DNA of 61,408 nt, filler included, from Nemertoderma westbladi (taxonomy: Eukaryota; Animalia; Xenacoelomorpha): the NCBI GenBank assembly GCA_032718475.1. It is 3 parts of 3 records of this genome, joined end to end, with 100 filler letters (N's around TTAATTAATTAA, not from the genome) between each part and the next. Parts side by side here need not be neighbours in the genome. Positions count along the whole stretch, not along the records: positions 16,936 to 48,226 come from JAUCBJ010008971.1; positions 48,327 to 61,408 come from JAUCBJ010001711.1; 1 more part is not named here. The stretch is one strand, 5' to 3'. The notes under the pieces were generated by a model. It saw nothing but the letters and a program-made list of their open reading frames with translations. It made no database searches and was not told the origin of the DNA. The position numbers and the translations under genes are program-made. Shown piece after piece: positions 45,755-59,136 of the stretch. The first letter of the stretch is position 1, and every line of letters begins with the position of its first letter.

Positions 45755-46244
45755 GTTAGTAGTAGAAGATTTATCCAGTTTGCGTTGAAATATGGGTGGG
45801 GGGTGAACACAGAATAGTAGTTAATTACTTTGAAAAAATTTTCTAATTATACTGAACAATCTTAAACTAACATATTATGTTTTCACATTAAAATTAAATT
45901 ATTGAATGCTCATCCTAATATTTGAACTAACTGTAGGCCTAATGTTAAAACCAAACACCAACCTCTCATGAGTTAATCTACCCCTCCTGTGCGATCTCTA
46001 TAATCCCCCAGCCACCACCCTTTCCTCTCCTCACTTCAATGCAACAGTACTGTATCAGGTTTTGTTGACATACTGTAATATACGAGTCTGAAGTGTAAAA
46101 CGTCATAGACAACGGGTATATGATAAGTTTATTTCTTATCAGGAATATCTTTCCTCTGACTGCAGCAATATTTATAACCACGCCTCCCATCAGTAGACAT
46201 TCTGTTTAGAACTATCCAATTACTGTACAACTTGCCCTGGAATA

Positions 46245-48223
46245 CAGTCGGGGTCTCAAAGTGCATCTGTTCTTTGAGATTTTCTCAAAGAACTAAAAGT
46301 GTCTCAAATTTCTAAAAGTGGTCCAAGAAAATGACAAAGTGTCCTCAAAGATTTCAAAGTAGTACTGTCAGTCATTTCATACAGTCCTGCCTGAAGCTGG
46401 CTATGGTATGGGGTATATTGACTTTGACTATAGGGTAAAATATAAGTAATAAAAACCTCTATGAAACAATAAAGATGCCTCCAAAAAATACTGCAGTAAT
46501 AAATATTTGTTACTGAAAGTAAGAATTAAACTTACTGCAGTAATAAAAAATTGTCTTTTTCTGCAGTAACAAATAATTTGTTACTGCAGTAGAAATTTTT
46601 ATTCAATTATTTATTAATATTGATTACTGCAGTATAAATTTTTATTCAATTATTTATAAATTTATAAATTTATTAATATTGATTATTGCAGTAATAAATA
46701 TGTGTTACTGCAGTAATTGTTATCTGTTACTGCAGTAACTAATATTTAATACAGCAGTATTTTTTGTAGGTATTTTTATTGTTTCATAGAGGATTTTATT
46801 AATTTATATTTGGACTCTTTAGAGACGCCATAATTGCGGGCTATCGGAATGTGTTGGTATTTGTGTCATAGACAGTTTGTCTGTTGCCCTATCTATATTA
46901 ATGTATAGTGCTAAAACTGTACTGTTTAAATTTGTTTAGCCCACGTGAACGCCGAATACCTTTACCAATGCATTTCAATGGTCAACCAGCCATACTTTGC
47001 CGCACTGTAAATTGTGTTATACAAAGTAAAGAATAACGATAGAGGCAGGAATAAAGATAAATGATTCAAGCGCACTAATTGGCTGTTCCCATAGATGTTT
47101 TAGGCATTGTTGGTGCGCAATGCATATGGTCAGAGCGACCGCCCAGTCTGCCAAAATCTATTATGTAATCAAATGGTACCACAAGCCAAGCAAAGCATGT
47201 GACAGTTCTTTCCGACTCTGCACCTGTTTGTTTGAAGGTCGCCGTCCGTGGGTCGCTACTCACTAGCTGTGATTGATAGTTTAAACTGGGTGCCGCTTTG
47301 CCAGAAGGCGGTACACATCAATTGAATATGAGGCAAACATTTAAAATATGCTCAAATATAAACGCCAGCGGCAGGGGATATTTTAATATCTCTATTAAGC
47401 TAAAACAACACAAGATTGTAGCCGTTCTATCGTACTTGAAAGTCGAAAGCCTTTCTTAGTTTTTAAGAAGGAATTCTCGCGCTCTCGTCAACATAGTTAT
47501 CATATTAATTAAACAGTTAAGGTAGTACGGTTTGACCTGAGGTGACTAATGAAATGAATAACAAATGTTATTACAAGCTTTCTCCCAACAGGGCTTCTTT
47601 AGGTCATTATAATGAAACTGCGTATACACAGAGATACTACAGTGCAGTTTCTCTTATATTAATTGTTAATCTGATATTGTATTATGTTATTAAAATAATC
47701 AATCTTGTCAAGCATTAATCTTGTTTCACTAATTATGTTTCATGTATTATTTGAATGAATGTTTTTTAGAAAGACTTTAGGGTGCCGTAAATTCAATTTG
47801 TACTTGCGACCGAAAACCCATCCCGTAATGACCTCAGGAACCTCAATTTGATAAATTAATGGGAATATAGCTTCTATGCAACAACTGGCCAGCACACAAG
47901 TATCACTTTGTTGCCCGCATAATATTGTTCCCCGAGAATGCCTCTGCCTCTCAGTTAACTTACCACGAGCTGTCAATCAGGAATACCTCGGAGTTTATTT
48001 TCTCAAAGAATTAAAAGTGCCGCAAACTACCTCAAAGTGACATTTCTCAAAGAATTCAAAGAATTCAAAGTGCCTAAAAGCAGGAAATCACTTTGAGATT
48101 CCCAACTAAAAGTGTCTACAAGAATTCAAAGCGGCCGTTGGGAGTAATGTAATGACTTTTAGACACTTTTAGAAAAACTTTGAGAAAATCTCAAAGAACA
48201 GATGCACTTTGAGACCCCGACTG
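46245..48223. mobile_element. Non-autonomous Tc1/mariner-type DNA transposon, about 2 kb
   Basis: TA|CAGTCGGGGTCTCAAAGTGCATCTGTTCTTTGAGATTTTCTCAAAG and its exact reverse complement ending at 48223|TA. Subterminal CTCAAAG repeats; no transposase ORF. Confidence 0.87.
46437..46812. mobile_element. Nested foldback MITE with TACTGCAGTA repeats
   Basis: CCTCTATGAAACAATAAA...AAAAAATACTGC pairs with GCAGTATTTTTT...TTTATTGTTTCATAGAGG. Confidence 0.7.
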
Positions 48224-48226
48224 TAT

Positions 48227-48326
48227 NNNNNNNNNNNNNNNNNNNNNNNNNNNNNNNNNNNNNNNNNNNNTTAATTAATTAANNNNNNNNNNNNNNNNNN
48301 NNNNNNNNNNNNNNNNNNNNNNNNNN
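48227..48326. other. Artificial contig linker N44-TTAATTAATTAA-N44
   Basis: Same 100-nt spacer as 16836-16935. Confidence 0.95.
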
Positions 48327-49656
48327 CCTACGGACCTAAGGCAGTACCGGTTCTGGCAGTTGGGCCTACTGACCTACAGATGTACCAGTTCAGGTTTACC
48401 GGTTGACCGGTACTTTCAACTTTATTGCTTACTGCAATAAAGAAGCATATATCCTTTAATGTTCGTGCTTTCAGACCTTTGGCAGTTTAACCCGCCAAAT
48501 TAAGATGTCTTCTAGATATTAAATCGCTTTTTAGCCTATGACAAGTATTTGATTCACTACACTAGTCGAAACCAATCTGTGCGCGATCATTCACCCGCTG
48601 GATATTCCCGGGAGATTGGGTTCGACGGTTTAATTTTATTGCTATGTAAGCCTAATGTATTATTCGACTGACAGTATTATATAATCTCTGACAATATTAT
48701 TCACCTTCGGGAATATTAACAGTTCCTTTAGGACGTGGCGCTTTATCTATATAAACAGAGTTATGACTTAAACTACTCACAACGATATGGCTTAATTATA
48801 ATTCACATATATGGCGCATTCTTTAGGAAATGCTTCTTTAACAGACTCACTCATACACAATGCTGCACAATACTGCACACTAATCTGCCAATCTTCACTG
48901 ATTTTAGTCACATATAAAAGGAACACAGACTGACTCATGTAGGGTCTATCAAATAACATTAGATTCACTTCAAACCACTTTAACATAAGTCACAATCGTT
49001 ATTGGTAACCTTTCTCTCTTACCTTCGGTATATCAAGAATATTGGGTGTCGGGGTTATTTCTCGTTATTCCAATATAATAATTCATCAACAAATATAATG
49101 AATAACCGACAACAAATAGCAGTATACAGTATTGATTGAGCAGGTAATTTTAGCAGTTTCAGCAGTTATTAAAAGCCGTGTGTCAGCAGTGATTACGAAA
49201 TTGCAGTGATTCCATGAGTTTGGTCGGTATGTCAGTTAAAGGATATATGTCCTTATAATTAAACCTACTAGTGTTGAGCTAAAAAGCAGAAAAGCACAAA
49301 ACACTATAAAGCCGTTCTTTCGTGGCTTTGAAAAACTCGTGACTACTGCTCTATACGAGGATACCAACTACCCTTATTCCACGAAGCTCCCGTTCAACAC
49401 AGAGAAAGAGCAGTGAGATAGGAAAATTTCAGTTCAGTAGCTCTGTGATAGGTCAAAATCAAGGCTAACTCAAATTCTATTGGGAGATACAAAACAAGGC
49501 TATGACGCAACCTTCTTAGGCTGGTTGGCCGATTAAACAGAGCCCAGATACCTGCGTACAGCAAATCAGCCAATAAGCTGGTAGCTTGCACTATAGATCT
49601 CCTTTAGAGTATTCTAGCGACCGGGGGGGAACTGGCCAACAAGGCAAACGAATCAG

Positions 49657-51590
49657 TTATCCCACAAAAGCTTTTACACCTGCCGACCTTTGTGAGGAGT
49701 GTTTTAAGTGCTTTGACCGCACTCTCTGCATGTCCATTGCTCTGAGCATATTCTGGTGAAGAGGGGCCCCATGTAATGCCGTAGTCACGTAGGAAGTCAT
49801 GTGGGGTGGAGCCTGAGAATTAAGTTCCTCCATCGCTGCGGTATCGGGTTGGGATGCTGAAACGCACGAAAACATCACGGAGGCACTCGACTGTTTTCGC
49901 AGAAGTTGGTGGATTGTTGAATGTGTATATCTCTGGCCAACCAGAGTAACGGTCAGCAATAGCCAGGTAATGTTTCGCGTTCAATGCGAAAAAATCGCCC
50001 GAAACGTCCTCGAAAGGTCGAGTTGCTGGAGGATCTTGTATGATTAGTTCCTTTGGGAGGCTTGATCAGTGGGAGAGGCAAGCACTGCAACCCTGAACTA
50101 GTTGCCGTACTTCGTTGGAGATTCCCGGCCAATATATCGCCTGCCGGGTTCGTCACAATGTTTTTTCGATCCCTTGGTGGGATGCGTGGATCCGATTAAC
50201 AGTTTCTTTCCGTGCTGCCTTTGGAATAATGAGACGGTGTCCATATAGGGCGAGGCCCTCGTCCGTTGTAAGTTCGTTGCGGATGGACCAATATGGGCCG
50301 ATCGCTGGGTTAGTTCCGCAATCTCGGTGAGTTTCTGTAGCGTGACTGCATGCAGAAAGTGGGTCATCTCACCATCGTCCGTGACGTCGTCTGGGGTAGG
50401 GTCGTCGACGGGGGAGCAACATAACGCGTCGGGGATTCGGTGATCCTTGCCCTTTCGCCATATCGTTTTAAACGAGTATGGTATAAGTTTAGACTTTAGT
50501 CGTTGTAGTCTCGTATTGTCGGTGTCATTTATCATATAGCGATTGATGATCATCACCAGTGGTTGGTGATCGACGACCAGGGTGTATGTGGGAAGGCCAA
50601 GCAAATATATTCGACATTTTTGGGTGAACCAGACTGCGGCTAAGAGTTCGAGTTCGACCATCGCGTATCGAGATTCAGTCGAGGAAACGAAATGTGAACC
50701 GCATTCCACCAACTTCCAGTTGTCGCCGTGTTTTTGGAGGAGATCGTAGCCTGCCCATTCTTCCTGAAATCGTCTGTTTGGAGAACTGTCTCCTTCATCG
50801 CATTGAAAGGGAGGAGTACGGACGGAGAGATCAGGATCTTCTTAGTATGTTCGAATGCATGATCATGATCGTCGATCCAGTGATATGGGTTCTTATGACT
50901 AAGGAGTGGGCGGAGTGGAGTTAGGGCTGATGCAATCTTGGTAGAGAATGGAGCTAACTGTTCGATGAGGCTGATAAAACTTCTCTGATCGGTGAGAGTG
51001 GTCGGGCGAGGGAACTCTGCAATTGCCTTAACTTTGGCGGGGTCGGCTCGAATTCCGTCGGGTCCCAGAATGCATTCCCCAAATTTAACATTCGGTTGGG
51101 CCAGCTGTACCTTGTTGGAGTGGAGTTTAATGCCGCACTCCCGGCACCGCTGCAGGAATTCTCCCACATCGTGGAGGTGTTCCTCTAATGTATCACTATA
51201 GATTAAACAGTCGTCGACAATCTTGGGTATGTTTTTGAGTCCGTGAATAGCGTTGTCTCCTCTGCGGTTGTATTCACCGCCACTCGAGATAAGTCCCATA
51301 GCACTCCTGCGATGGATATATTGGCCCTATGGTTTCGCGGAAGTTGTCAGTAGCTGTGAAGGAGGATCGAGTGGGATCTGCCAATAGCCGGATGATGCAT
51401 CCAACACTGAAAAGTATTTGGCGGTATTCCAGATCTCGCTGATAACGTCTCGCGCGTTAGGAGCGGGATAGTAAAGACGCTTTACCTGGTTGTTTAAGTT
51501 CCGCAGGTCTACGCAGAGCCGCTGCTTTCTGCTCGGTTTGCAAGTCACTGTGAACTGATGGGCCCATTCCGTTGGCTCTGAAATCCGGGC
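49657..51590 (-). pseudogene. Decayed Ty3/Gypsy pol (RT, RNase H, integrase fragments)
   Basis: RLCVDLRNLN, FSVLDASSGYWQIPL, IVDDCLIYS, RYAMVELELLA and VDHQPL, spread over frameshifted ORFs. Confidence 0.9.
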
Positions 51591-52380
51591 GATGAACAGT
51601 GGAGTTTATCCGGGCAAAGAACAGTGGAGTTTATCCGGGAGGTCGAAGCGTGATCTCACGAGGGGGATCACTACACTGAAGAGAGAAGAAGTGAAGAGAA
51701 TAGAAGAAGCGTTGCTACGAGCAACTGGAGAGGAAGGACGGACAGTGAACCATCGGTAGTAGAGATGGAGTTAGAGAGTCAGTGGAGTCGAACTCCGGGA
51801 GATTGCCGTCGCCCCGGAGAGACGCAGCCTGGTGAGATATACCACACACCGGGGGAGGGGTACAGGATGTACCGGTGTGAGGACGAGGACAGGAGAGGGG
51901 ATCAAAGAGAAACTTCCCGATGGGACATAGCTGCCGATCGAGAGTACGGTAGTCGCGGGGAGGACTTCTTGGAATACTCGAAAAGATTAAACTTCGGTCC
52001 AGAAGGACACAGGCAGACTGCAGGACATACTGTAGGCCTTACTGCACATACTATAGGCCATGCTGGAAGAGATAGTGTAGGCGATAGGGTAGCGCGGACA
52101 ATGGGATTAGATCCGGAAGTCGTGGCATACATACTACATACCATTCCCCCATTACATACATACCATTCCCCCATTACAATATCAGCAATATACTCAACCA
52201 AGAACAAAAACCCCAAACCCCTTGGACCAAAATAAATCGTGTGACACAGAGATATGGAGGGGACCGTTACCCCCAATGATATATCCAATGCAAAAGAGGT
52301 TGACAGGCCCGACAGGCGAATCGCACCCAGCAGCAGGGGAATCTGTATAGCATCCATCGAGCCCACTAGAAGTACAAGCG

Positions 52381-54216
52381 ATGGGAATGGCGACACTCAT
52401 CGACGCGCTTAAGACCAGGATCGAGCTGCCACTAGTGGAGCCGTTCAAATTCGATGGAAGCAAACCAGAGGAATATCTGCAATTCCAACGTATATACAGT
52501 AACAAAATATTAACAAAGAACCTGACGCAGGCGGAGTGCCTAAAATACTTACAAGTTTACACAGGGGGGCCAGCATACGACATCGTAAGGCAGTACCAAG
52601 GTATCGAAGGTGGATTCACGACTGCATGGTGGGCCCTAGACAGGGAATTCGGACAACCTGCTAAGATCATCCGACAAACCTTGAGGGGGATAACATCAGG
52701 CGGACTACAGGATAATCCTGTCAGCATCAAGACTTTCGTGAATAAAGTCGAAAAGGCGCTGATTGTGCTAAAGACCTTAGATGCGCCTTACGAACTCAAC
52801 GCATCGAATAACATCACCACAATAGCGCAGGCACTACCTATCTGGCTGAGGAATAAGTGGAGAAAGATCGCCTTCTCCACCAGAGAGAAGAAGGGTGCGG
52901 AGCCAGGGCTAGAGGAGATGTCGAACTTCCTTAATTATGAGGCGGAGTTGATTACAGACCCAGTCTACAATGAGGATAGTTTGGGGAGGGCACCAAAAGC
53001 TGATTACAACAGGCCTAAACCCGAACATAATCCGGCGGATGCATTCCCGAGGGTGAGACAGTCACTACCACTTGCGGCCACGCAGGGGACTTGTAGTTCA
53101 CAAGCAGCTGGAAGTAGGGCCACACCGTGGCAGGGACAAAATAACAACACAAACAAATATAACCCCAACACACCCAGTAGGCCGAGTCCAAATAACCAAA
53201 ACACTAAACCGGTAGATATGAATCTACGCATTATACGTGAAGGGCTATACAAGGAATGCTACAATTCAGGATACGAATGTCAATTGCATAGAGATGGAAC
53301 CCATAAGACCATGAGTTGTAAGCATTGGCAAGCGTTGCCTAAACAAGATTGGGTAGCCTACGTGGATACAAATAGACTATGTCATCGATGCGTGGTAGAA
53401 GGACACAGATTCGGAGAGTGTAGAGAAACACCGATAGAATACGACGAGACTGATGAGACTGGAGGCCAAACTATGGCTACGAGCACGACGAGAGCAAGGA
53501 GAAAGAGGACAGTACTACTCGGGGTAGTACCAGTGAGAATAACAGGAAAGGACGGGCTATTGGCCACAACACTAATGTTGGTCGATAGTCGAGCAGCATT
53601 CATGTTAATGGAGAGTTGGGTGGCCGAAAGGATAGGGTTACAGATGAGGCCTAGCAAGATGGCGGTAACCACTATCTCCAATAAGGACGAGGTCATGAGA
53701 ATGAGAACGGGGCGTTGCGAGATATCAGCGATAACACCAGGGCGCGGCTATGGGGCTACCATCGAACCCATCCAAATAATAGAATCGATTAATATCAACG
53801 CCAGGCGACCGAGGAAGATCGAGATAGAGCAATACCGGTATCTGGACAACATCGATTTCTCCATGCCCGAGCTGGATGTCCTGAAGGTATCTCTCATAGT
53901 CGGCATGGACTGCCCGACGGCCCACAAGAGACAACAGACCATTTTCGGCGATGACAGGGAGCGAGACCCGATGGCCATTCTCACGCCATTTGGATGGACG
54001 CTCACTGGCCCAATTAAGACGAGGACACCCTTTGGTGTGTCCGAGACATCAGGGTGCATGCTGTCAGGCACTGTTGAGGACGTAGAGGAGAAACCAGAGA
54101 CGGGCGATGGGGAGGTCCTATGTGAGAAGCGGCCCGGTGAAGGATACCAGGAGTTGGGTATGGATCTGGAACCACGCATAGTGGAGCATGGTGAAAGGAT
54201 AGAGGATAGTTCCTGA
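52381..54216 (+). CDS. BEL/Pao gag plus degenerate aspartic protease
   Basis: KFDGSKPEEY, CLKYLQVYTGG, ALDREFGQP, Cys/His knuckles (CQLH...HKTMSC, CHRC...HRFGEC), VLLGVVPV...LVDSRA and TPFGWTLTGP. Confidence 0.87.
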   Translation: MGMATLIDALKTRIELPLVEPFKFDGSKPEEYLQFQRIYSNKILTKNLTQAECLKYLQVYTGGPAYDIVRQYQGIEGGFTTAWWALDREFGQPAKIIRQTLRGITSGGLQDNPVSIKTFVNKVEKALIVLKTLDAPYELNASNNITTIAQALPIWLRNKWRKIAFSTREKKGAEPGLEEMSNFLNYEAELITDPVYNEDSLGRAPKADYNRPKPEHNPADAFPRVRQSLPLAATQGTCSSQAAGSRATPWQGQNNNTNKYNPNTPSRPSPNNQNTKPVDMNLRIIREGLYKECYNSGYECQLHRDGTHKTMSCKHWQALPKQDWVAYVDTNRLCHRCVVEGHRFGECRETPIEYDETDETGGQTMATSTTRARRKRTVLLGVVPVRITGKDGLLATTLMLVDSRAAFMLMESWVAERIGLQMRPSKMAVTTISNKDEVMRMRTGRCEISAITPGRGYGATIEPIQIIESININARRPRKIEIEQYRYLDNIDFSMPELDVLKVSLIVGMDCPTAHKRQQTIFGDDRERDPMAILTPFGWTLTGPIKTRTPFGVSETSGCMLSGTVEDVEEKPETGDGEVLCEKRPGEGYQELGMDLEPRIVEHGERIEDSS

Positions 54217-54915
54217 AAAATACCATCGGTAGATGAGTTAGGAGGGGAAGCAACAGCAAGAGAGTGGGCGGAGGAGAATGGATTCGACGCGGAAGACTTA
54301 GAGACGATGGGATGGAACAAGGATGTTCCCGGCAAGTATCGGTATGAGGATGGTGAAGAGTGGGCAGCAAGATGTCCGGAGAAGTGTCCGGAGGAGACGC
54401 CGGTCCGGTTGAGAGGCATACCGAAAAGGGGGAGGTCAAATAAGAAGACAGGGTGGAAAGGGATAGGATTACTATTATCCATTCTGTTTTATCTATTCTT
54501 TCGATATCTTTTCATTCTACCGCCAGGTGACGACAAGATGAATGGTGGCATTTTGCTGCCAGGGGACCATGAGGAAATCAAGAAGGCGACCGAAAGACCC
54601 GATTTTAGGGTGGTGGAGGAGGGAGAATCAATTCCTAGAGAGTTGGAATTGACAAGGAGAGTGGGGCGAAGGATAAGAGGACCTACAGGGGGGCAGTGGG
54701 AGAGTGCCTGCTGGAAGAATCGCCCTTGAAGTTTAGTCATCCAATATGTTGGACTGAGGGGGTGGGAATGAGGGCGAGACGCCCTTCCCACACAAAAATA
54801 TAAAAATAAATAATAAAGCAAATAATAAATAAGTAGTAAGATTGTAGAAAGTTGTGTGTAGTAGACAGTACGTAGTACTATGTAGTAGGGTACATAGTAC
54901 CGTAGAAGTTAGAAG

Positions 54916-55510
54916 TTGTGGGCACTGAGGGCGCCACGTAGTGAGCAGTAGTGGGGTACATAGTACTGTAGAGGTTGTGGGCACTGAAAGCGCCACGTAG
55001 TAAGAGAGTAGAGGGTATGGTATGTACGTATACCATAGAAGTAGTAGCAGAGGGGTTGTGGGCACCGAAAGCGCCACGTAGTAAGAGAGTAGAGGGTATG
55101 GTATGTAGGTATACCATAGAAGTAGTAGCAGAGGGGTTGTGGGCACCGAAAGCGCCACGTAGTAAGAGAGTAAAGGGTATGGTATGTAGGTATACCATAG
55201 AAGTAGTAGCAGAGGGGTTGTGGGCACCGAAAGCGCCACGTAGTAAGAGAGTAAAGGGTATGGTATGTAGGTATACCATAGAAGTAGTAGCAGAGGGGTT
55301 GTGGGCACCGAGAGCGCCATGTAGTAAGAGAGTAGAGGGTATGGTATGTAGGTATACCATAGAAGTAGTAGCAGAGGGGTTGTGGGCACCGAAAGCGCCA
55401 CGTAGTAAGAGAGTAAAGGGTATGGTATGTAGGTATACCATAGAAGTAGTAGCAGAGGGGTTGTGGGCACCGAGAGCGCCATGTAGTAAGAAAGTAAAGG
55501 GTATGTAGGC
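54916..55510. repeat. 81-bp tandem array (6 full copies plus partials) in the Pao post-pol region
   Basis: Units start at 54974, 55055, 55136, 55217, 55298, 55379 and 55460. Each has the hairpin TATGGTAT-N6-ATACCATA and a GTGG...GAAA...CCAC motif. Confidence 0.95.
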
Positions 55511-55564
55511 ATAGCATAGTAGTAGTAGGGCACATAGTAAGAAAGAAGTAGGAAGGTAGATAGG

Positions 55565-56175
55565 ATGATAGCACAGACAGGGGGCAACATAGATAATATT
55601 AAAATAAAACTAAGAAAAATTGGCACTTCGGGGGTGGTAGAGAACACAGGACATTGTGGAGCAGTGGGGATGGGCCAGCTCATGGGCCTTGTCTGCCACA
55701 AGCCGATGGACTGGGGCAAGTTCCGGGAGGAGCACGGAGCGGGCACAGGACATTGTGGAGCAGTGGCGATGGGCCAGCTCATGGGGCTTGTCTGCCACAA
55801 GCCGATGACTGGGGTAAGTTCCGAGAGGAGTAGGGAGCGGAATTGGCGAACTCACTGAAATGGGGAGCGAGGCCAGGGAAACAGGAGGTATATCAGTTCC
55901 GAAGGGGAGCGATAAAGATATACCAGAAGAGATATATCCTACAGGAGGATTGGGTAATGATAGGTTTATTAAACCTATTCATGGCCATGGTTATCGGAAG
56001 AGAGCCAACGGCGTTTCTACTATCAGGAGTACCTCTAAACTACAGGAGAGCCTTTAAGGTGGCCTTTGAAGGTCTGGAAGACCACCCGGGGCTGAAGGGC
56101 GAGTCAGTGTACTACGATAGCCAGCACCTAGTGGAGAGAGGTGGACACACCATACAAGAAACTGGAGGCGGATAG
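55565..56175 (+). pseudogene. Remnant of the accessory ORF of Pao copy 2
   Basis: GVVENTGHCGAVGMGQLMGLVCHKPMDWGKFREEHG (locally duplicated) matches the copy 1 sequence at about 40130-40240. It continues SLKWGARPG...YQKRYILQED. Confidence 0.6.
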
Positions 56176-57248
56176 AATCGAGGAGAAGAGGCTGGGGGAA
56201 ATCGGCAGGCGAGAGAGGAGGGAAGCAGGCGAGAGAGAGGCGGATATAAGGGGAGAGGAGTATGGATTCGAAGCCCAGGACTTGCCGAGTTAAGGTGGGG
56301 ATCAGGGAGCTCGGGCGAGTTTCTGGGGGAGGAACTGGGGTGGACGGAGGGATCACCGAAACAGCAAGACAGTAACAGCAAGAATGATAAGTCTCAGGGA
56401 GGAGAAGCTGGAGGGAAGGAAGCGGCCCAGACAAGATGATGACAGCGGGAAAGAACTAAGATGGTTCCCGAAGACGGGAGGAGCGAACTAGAACTCAGAA
56501 AGGGAGATGTGGGCGTGCTTGAAAGGCACCACATGTGGGAATAAAATACGAACTCCTAAGTGCAATTAATTAAGTGCAATTAGTATGTACATATGTAGAT
56601 AATCAGCATAATCAATATGAATATATATAATCAAAGTAAGTACTATAGTCATATACAACCTTTTCCAATTAGCTACTGGGACTGGGGACCAATTGACTAT
56701 GACAAGAGGACGAGGCACTAGACGGATCACGCTTCTTGAGTGCGACGGCACAAAGGGGAGGGTGAGGCTCGTCAGGGGTGAGTGGAGAAAATATCGGTTG
56801 AGTATGAGGAGTATGAGAGAAGTATGGAGAAGAGGTGTTTACATGCGTAGAAGTGAGAGGAGTGCAATTCAAGCGTGGGGAGCGAGCAGGGAGAGAGGAA
56901 GAGTCCCAAGGGACTGGAGAGAGAATAAGGGACGACGAGGTCCGCGAGAGAGAGAGTAAGGGACAGAGAGGTCCGAGAGTAAGATTAGAGTGAGGTCGTA
57001 AAAAATTGTGTGGAGAGAGAGCTCAATTGTCTCAAACAGAGACACCAGATACCTTGGTGCAACATAGCTCGTGATTGCACCAAGGAGGGGTAGTAATAAC
57101 ATACCCAGGGGGGGGGGGGGCGGTCAGGAAAGCCGACCCCGAAAAAAGAACTCCACCCCACACCCAATATTAGGTTGGGTTCCAGCGGAATTGAAGCGCA
57201 CTTAGGGTTGATGCTATCTTCTCACTGGGAAGATAGCATGGGGGGGAG

Positions 57249-57612
57249 TGTAAGCGGATTCAATTCCGATGCATTACCCACCCGAGAATGGGACCAGTGG
57301 CATTTTATTAATATAGTTTGGGATACGAGATTACCAATAATAATCTCGCCTCATAACCAACTTTGGGGGGGGGGGCGACACAAGCCCTAAAGCCACAGAG
57401 AGAGGTGAGAGGTCAAACCCCCCTTGGAGGGAAGACACAGCTAGTAGAGGCTAGCGGCGGGGGGAAACACTCACAGGGAGTGCCAAAGTGACAATTAGTA
57501 TATTAGCCAATAGCAGGGAGGGGAGCACGTGAACAGAGATAGGAAAGCATCCACAGAAGGCCAAGTAGAGTAAGAGGTGAAACCAATATCTGTGTGTATC
57601 AATCATATATTA
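57249..57612 (+). repeat. 3' LTR of Pao copy 2, probably truncated by the following element
   Basis: TGTAAGCGGATTCAATTC directly after the PPT GGGGGGGAG. Confidence 0.6.
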
Positions 57613-59136
57613 TTAGGAACCGAGAGGTTCATTACTGTAAGAATTGCTCGTGGCTGGCTGACTGATTGATTGATTGACTGACTGACCTACAGCCAGAACT
57701 ACTCTAACGATTTTGATGAAAATTTCACAGCGGCTAGATACCGCGATTCTAAGGTCCTTGGTATGTTCCGCTATTTCGTCCATGAGCCGTGGGCTCGAAA
57801 AATAGACATAAACAAAAAAAACGCCATAGGCGCAATGGTAAAATAACACCAATGACAGCTGGTGTCCTGATGAAAAATGGCTTATGTAATGCATTTCTAC
57901 ACAAGGCTTAGTAATAAATCGATGAGGTTGCCAAGATTATTATACTTAGTACACCCATACTGTTTGTTTAGGCCCTGCACTCTCTGTCAAAGCAAACATT
58001 GACTGGTGGTTGGTTTAGTTTGAAATCTATTATCGCCTCAGCTGAATTACTCTTCCCAATGCCATCTATGGGAATATCTCACTCTGCTAATGTAAGCTGA
58101 ATGACTGTTAAGTACACAGTGTGTTGGCTACATTAATGCCAACATTATTGCAACATGTTTTATTGTTGGATTACTCTCTGTCAGTCTCCCCTTCAGAACA
58201 TTGTATAGGGAATTTACGTTAGTTTACTCTACTGTGCCATTCAGCTGAATGGATTTGAGCGATTGCCAAGTACAGAGTTGGATCATTCTCTGACCATAGG
58301 CAAAGACATCAAATCTTTTTAAAAATATACTTTTTCCATGTTTTTTTTTCTGACCAAAAATTTCAAAAAAAAATTTAGGAACCGAGAGGTTCATTACTGT
58401 AAGAATTGCTCGTGGCTGGCTGACTGATTGATTGATTGACTGACTGACCTACAGCCAGAACTACTCTAACGATTTTGATGAAAATTTCACAGCGGCTAGA
58501 TACCGCGATTCTAAGGTCCTTGGTATGTTCCGCTATTTCGTCCATGAGCCGTGGGCTCGAAAAATAGACATAAACAAAAAAAACGCCATAGGCGCAATGG
58601 TAAAATAACACCAATGACAGCTGGTGTCCTGATGAAAAATGGCTTATGTAATGCATTTCTACACAAGGCTTAGTAATAAATCGATGAGGTTGCCAAGATT
58701 ATTATACTTAGTACACCCATACTGTTTGTTTAGGCCCTGCACTCTCTGTCAAAGCAAACATTGACTGGTGGTTGGTTTAGTTTGAAATCTATTATCGCCT
58801 CAGCTGAATTACTCTTCCCAATGCCATCTATGGGAATATCTCACTCTGCTAATGTAAGCTGAATGACTGTTAAGTACACAGTGTGTTGGCTACATTAATG
58901 CCAACATTATTGCAACATGTTTTATTGTTGGATTACTCTCTGTCAGTCTCCCCTTCAGAACATTGTATAGGGAATTTACGTTAGTTTACTCTACTGTGCC
59001 ATTCAGCTGAATGGATTTGAGCGATTGCCAAGTACAGAGTTGGATCATTCTCTGACCATAGGCAAAGACATCAAATCTTTTTAAAAATATACTTTTTCCA
59101 TGTTTTTTTTTCTGACCAAAAATTTCAAAAAAAAAT
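57613..59136. repeat. Tandem duplication of a 762-bp unit (57613-58374 and 58375-59136)
   Basis: The two copies are identical by eye, and the ORF track shows identical ORFs 762 bp apart. Confidence 0.95.

Larger units (their letters stand above)
51594..57612 (+). mobile_element. Non-autonomous BEL/Pao element (copy 2): gag-PR retained, pol almost fully deleted
   Basis: Gag ORF, a protease-end block homologous to 34995-35330, the last pol codons at about 54680-54729, a shared post-pol module, a PPT and an LTR start at 57249. Confidence 0.85.

Noticed and set aside
54733-55800. Repetitive ORFs of 355, 221, 187 and 177 aa
   Set aside because: They are by-products of an 81-bp (multiple of 3) tandem array open in several frames.
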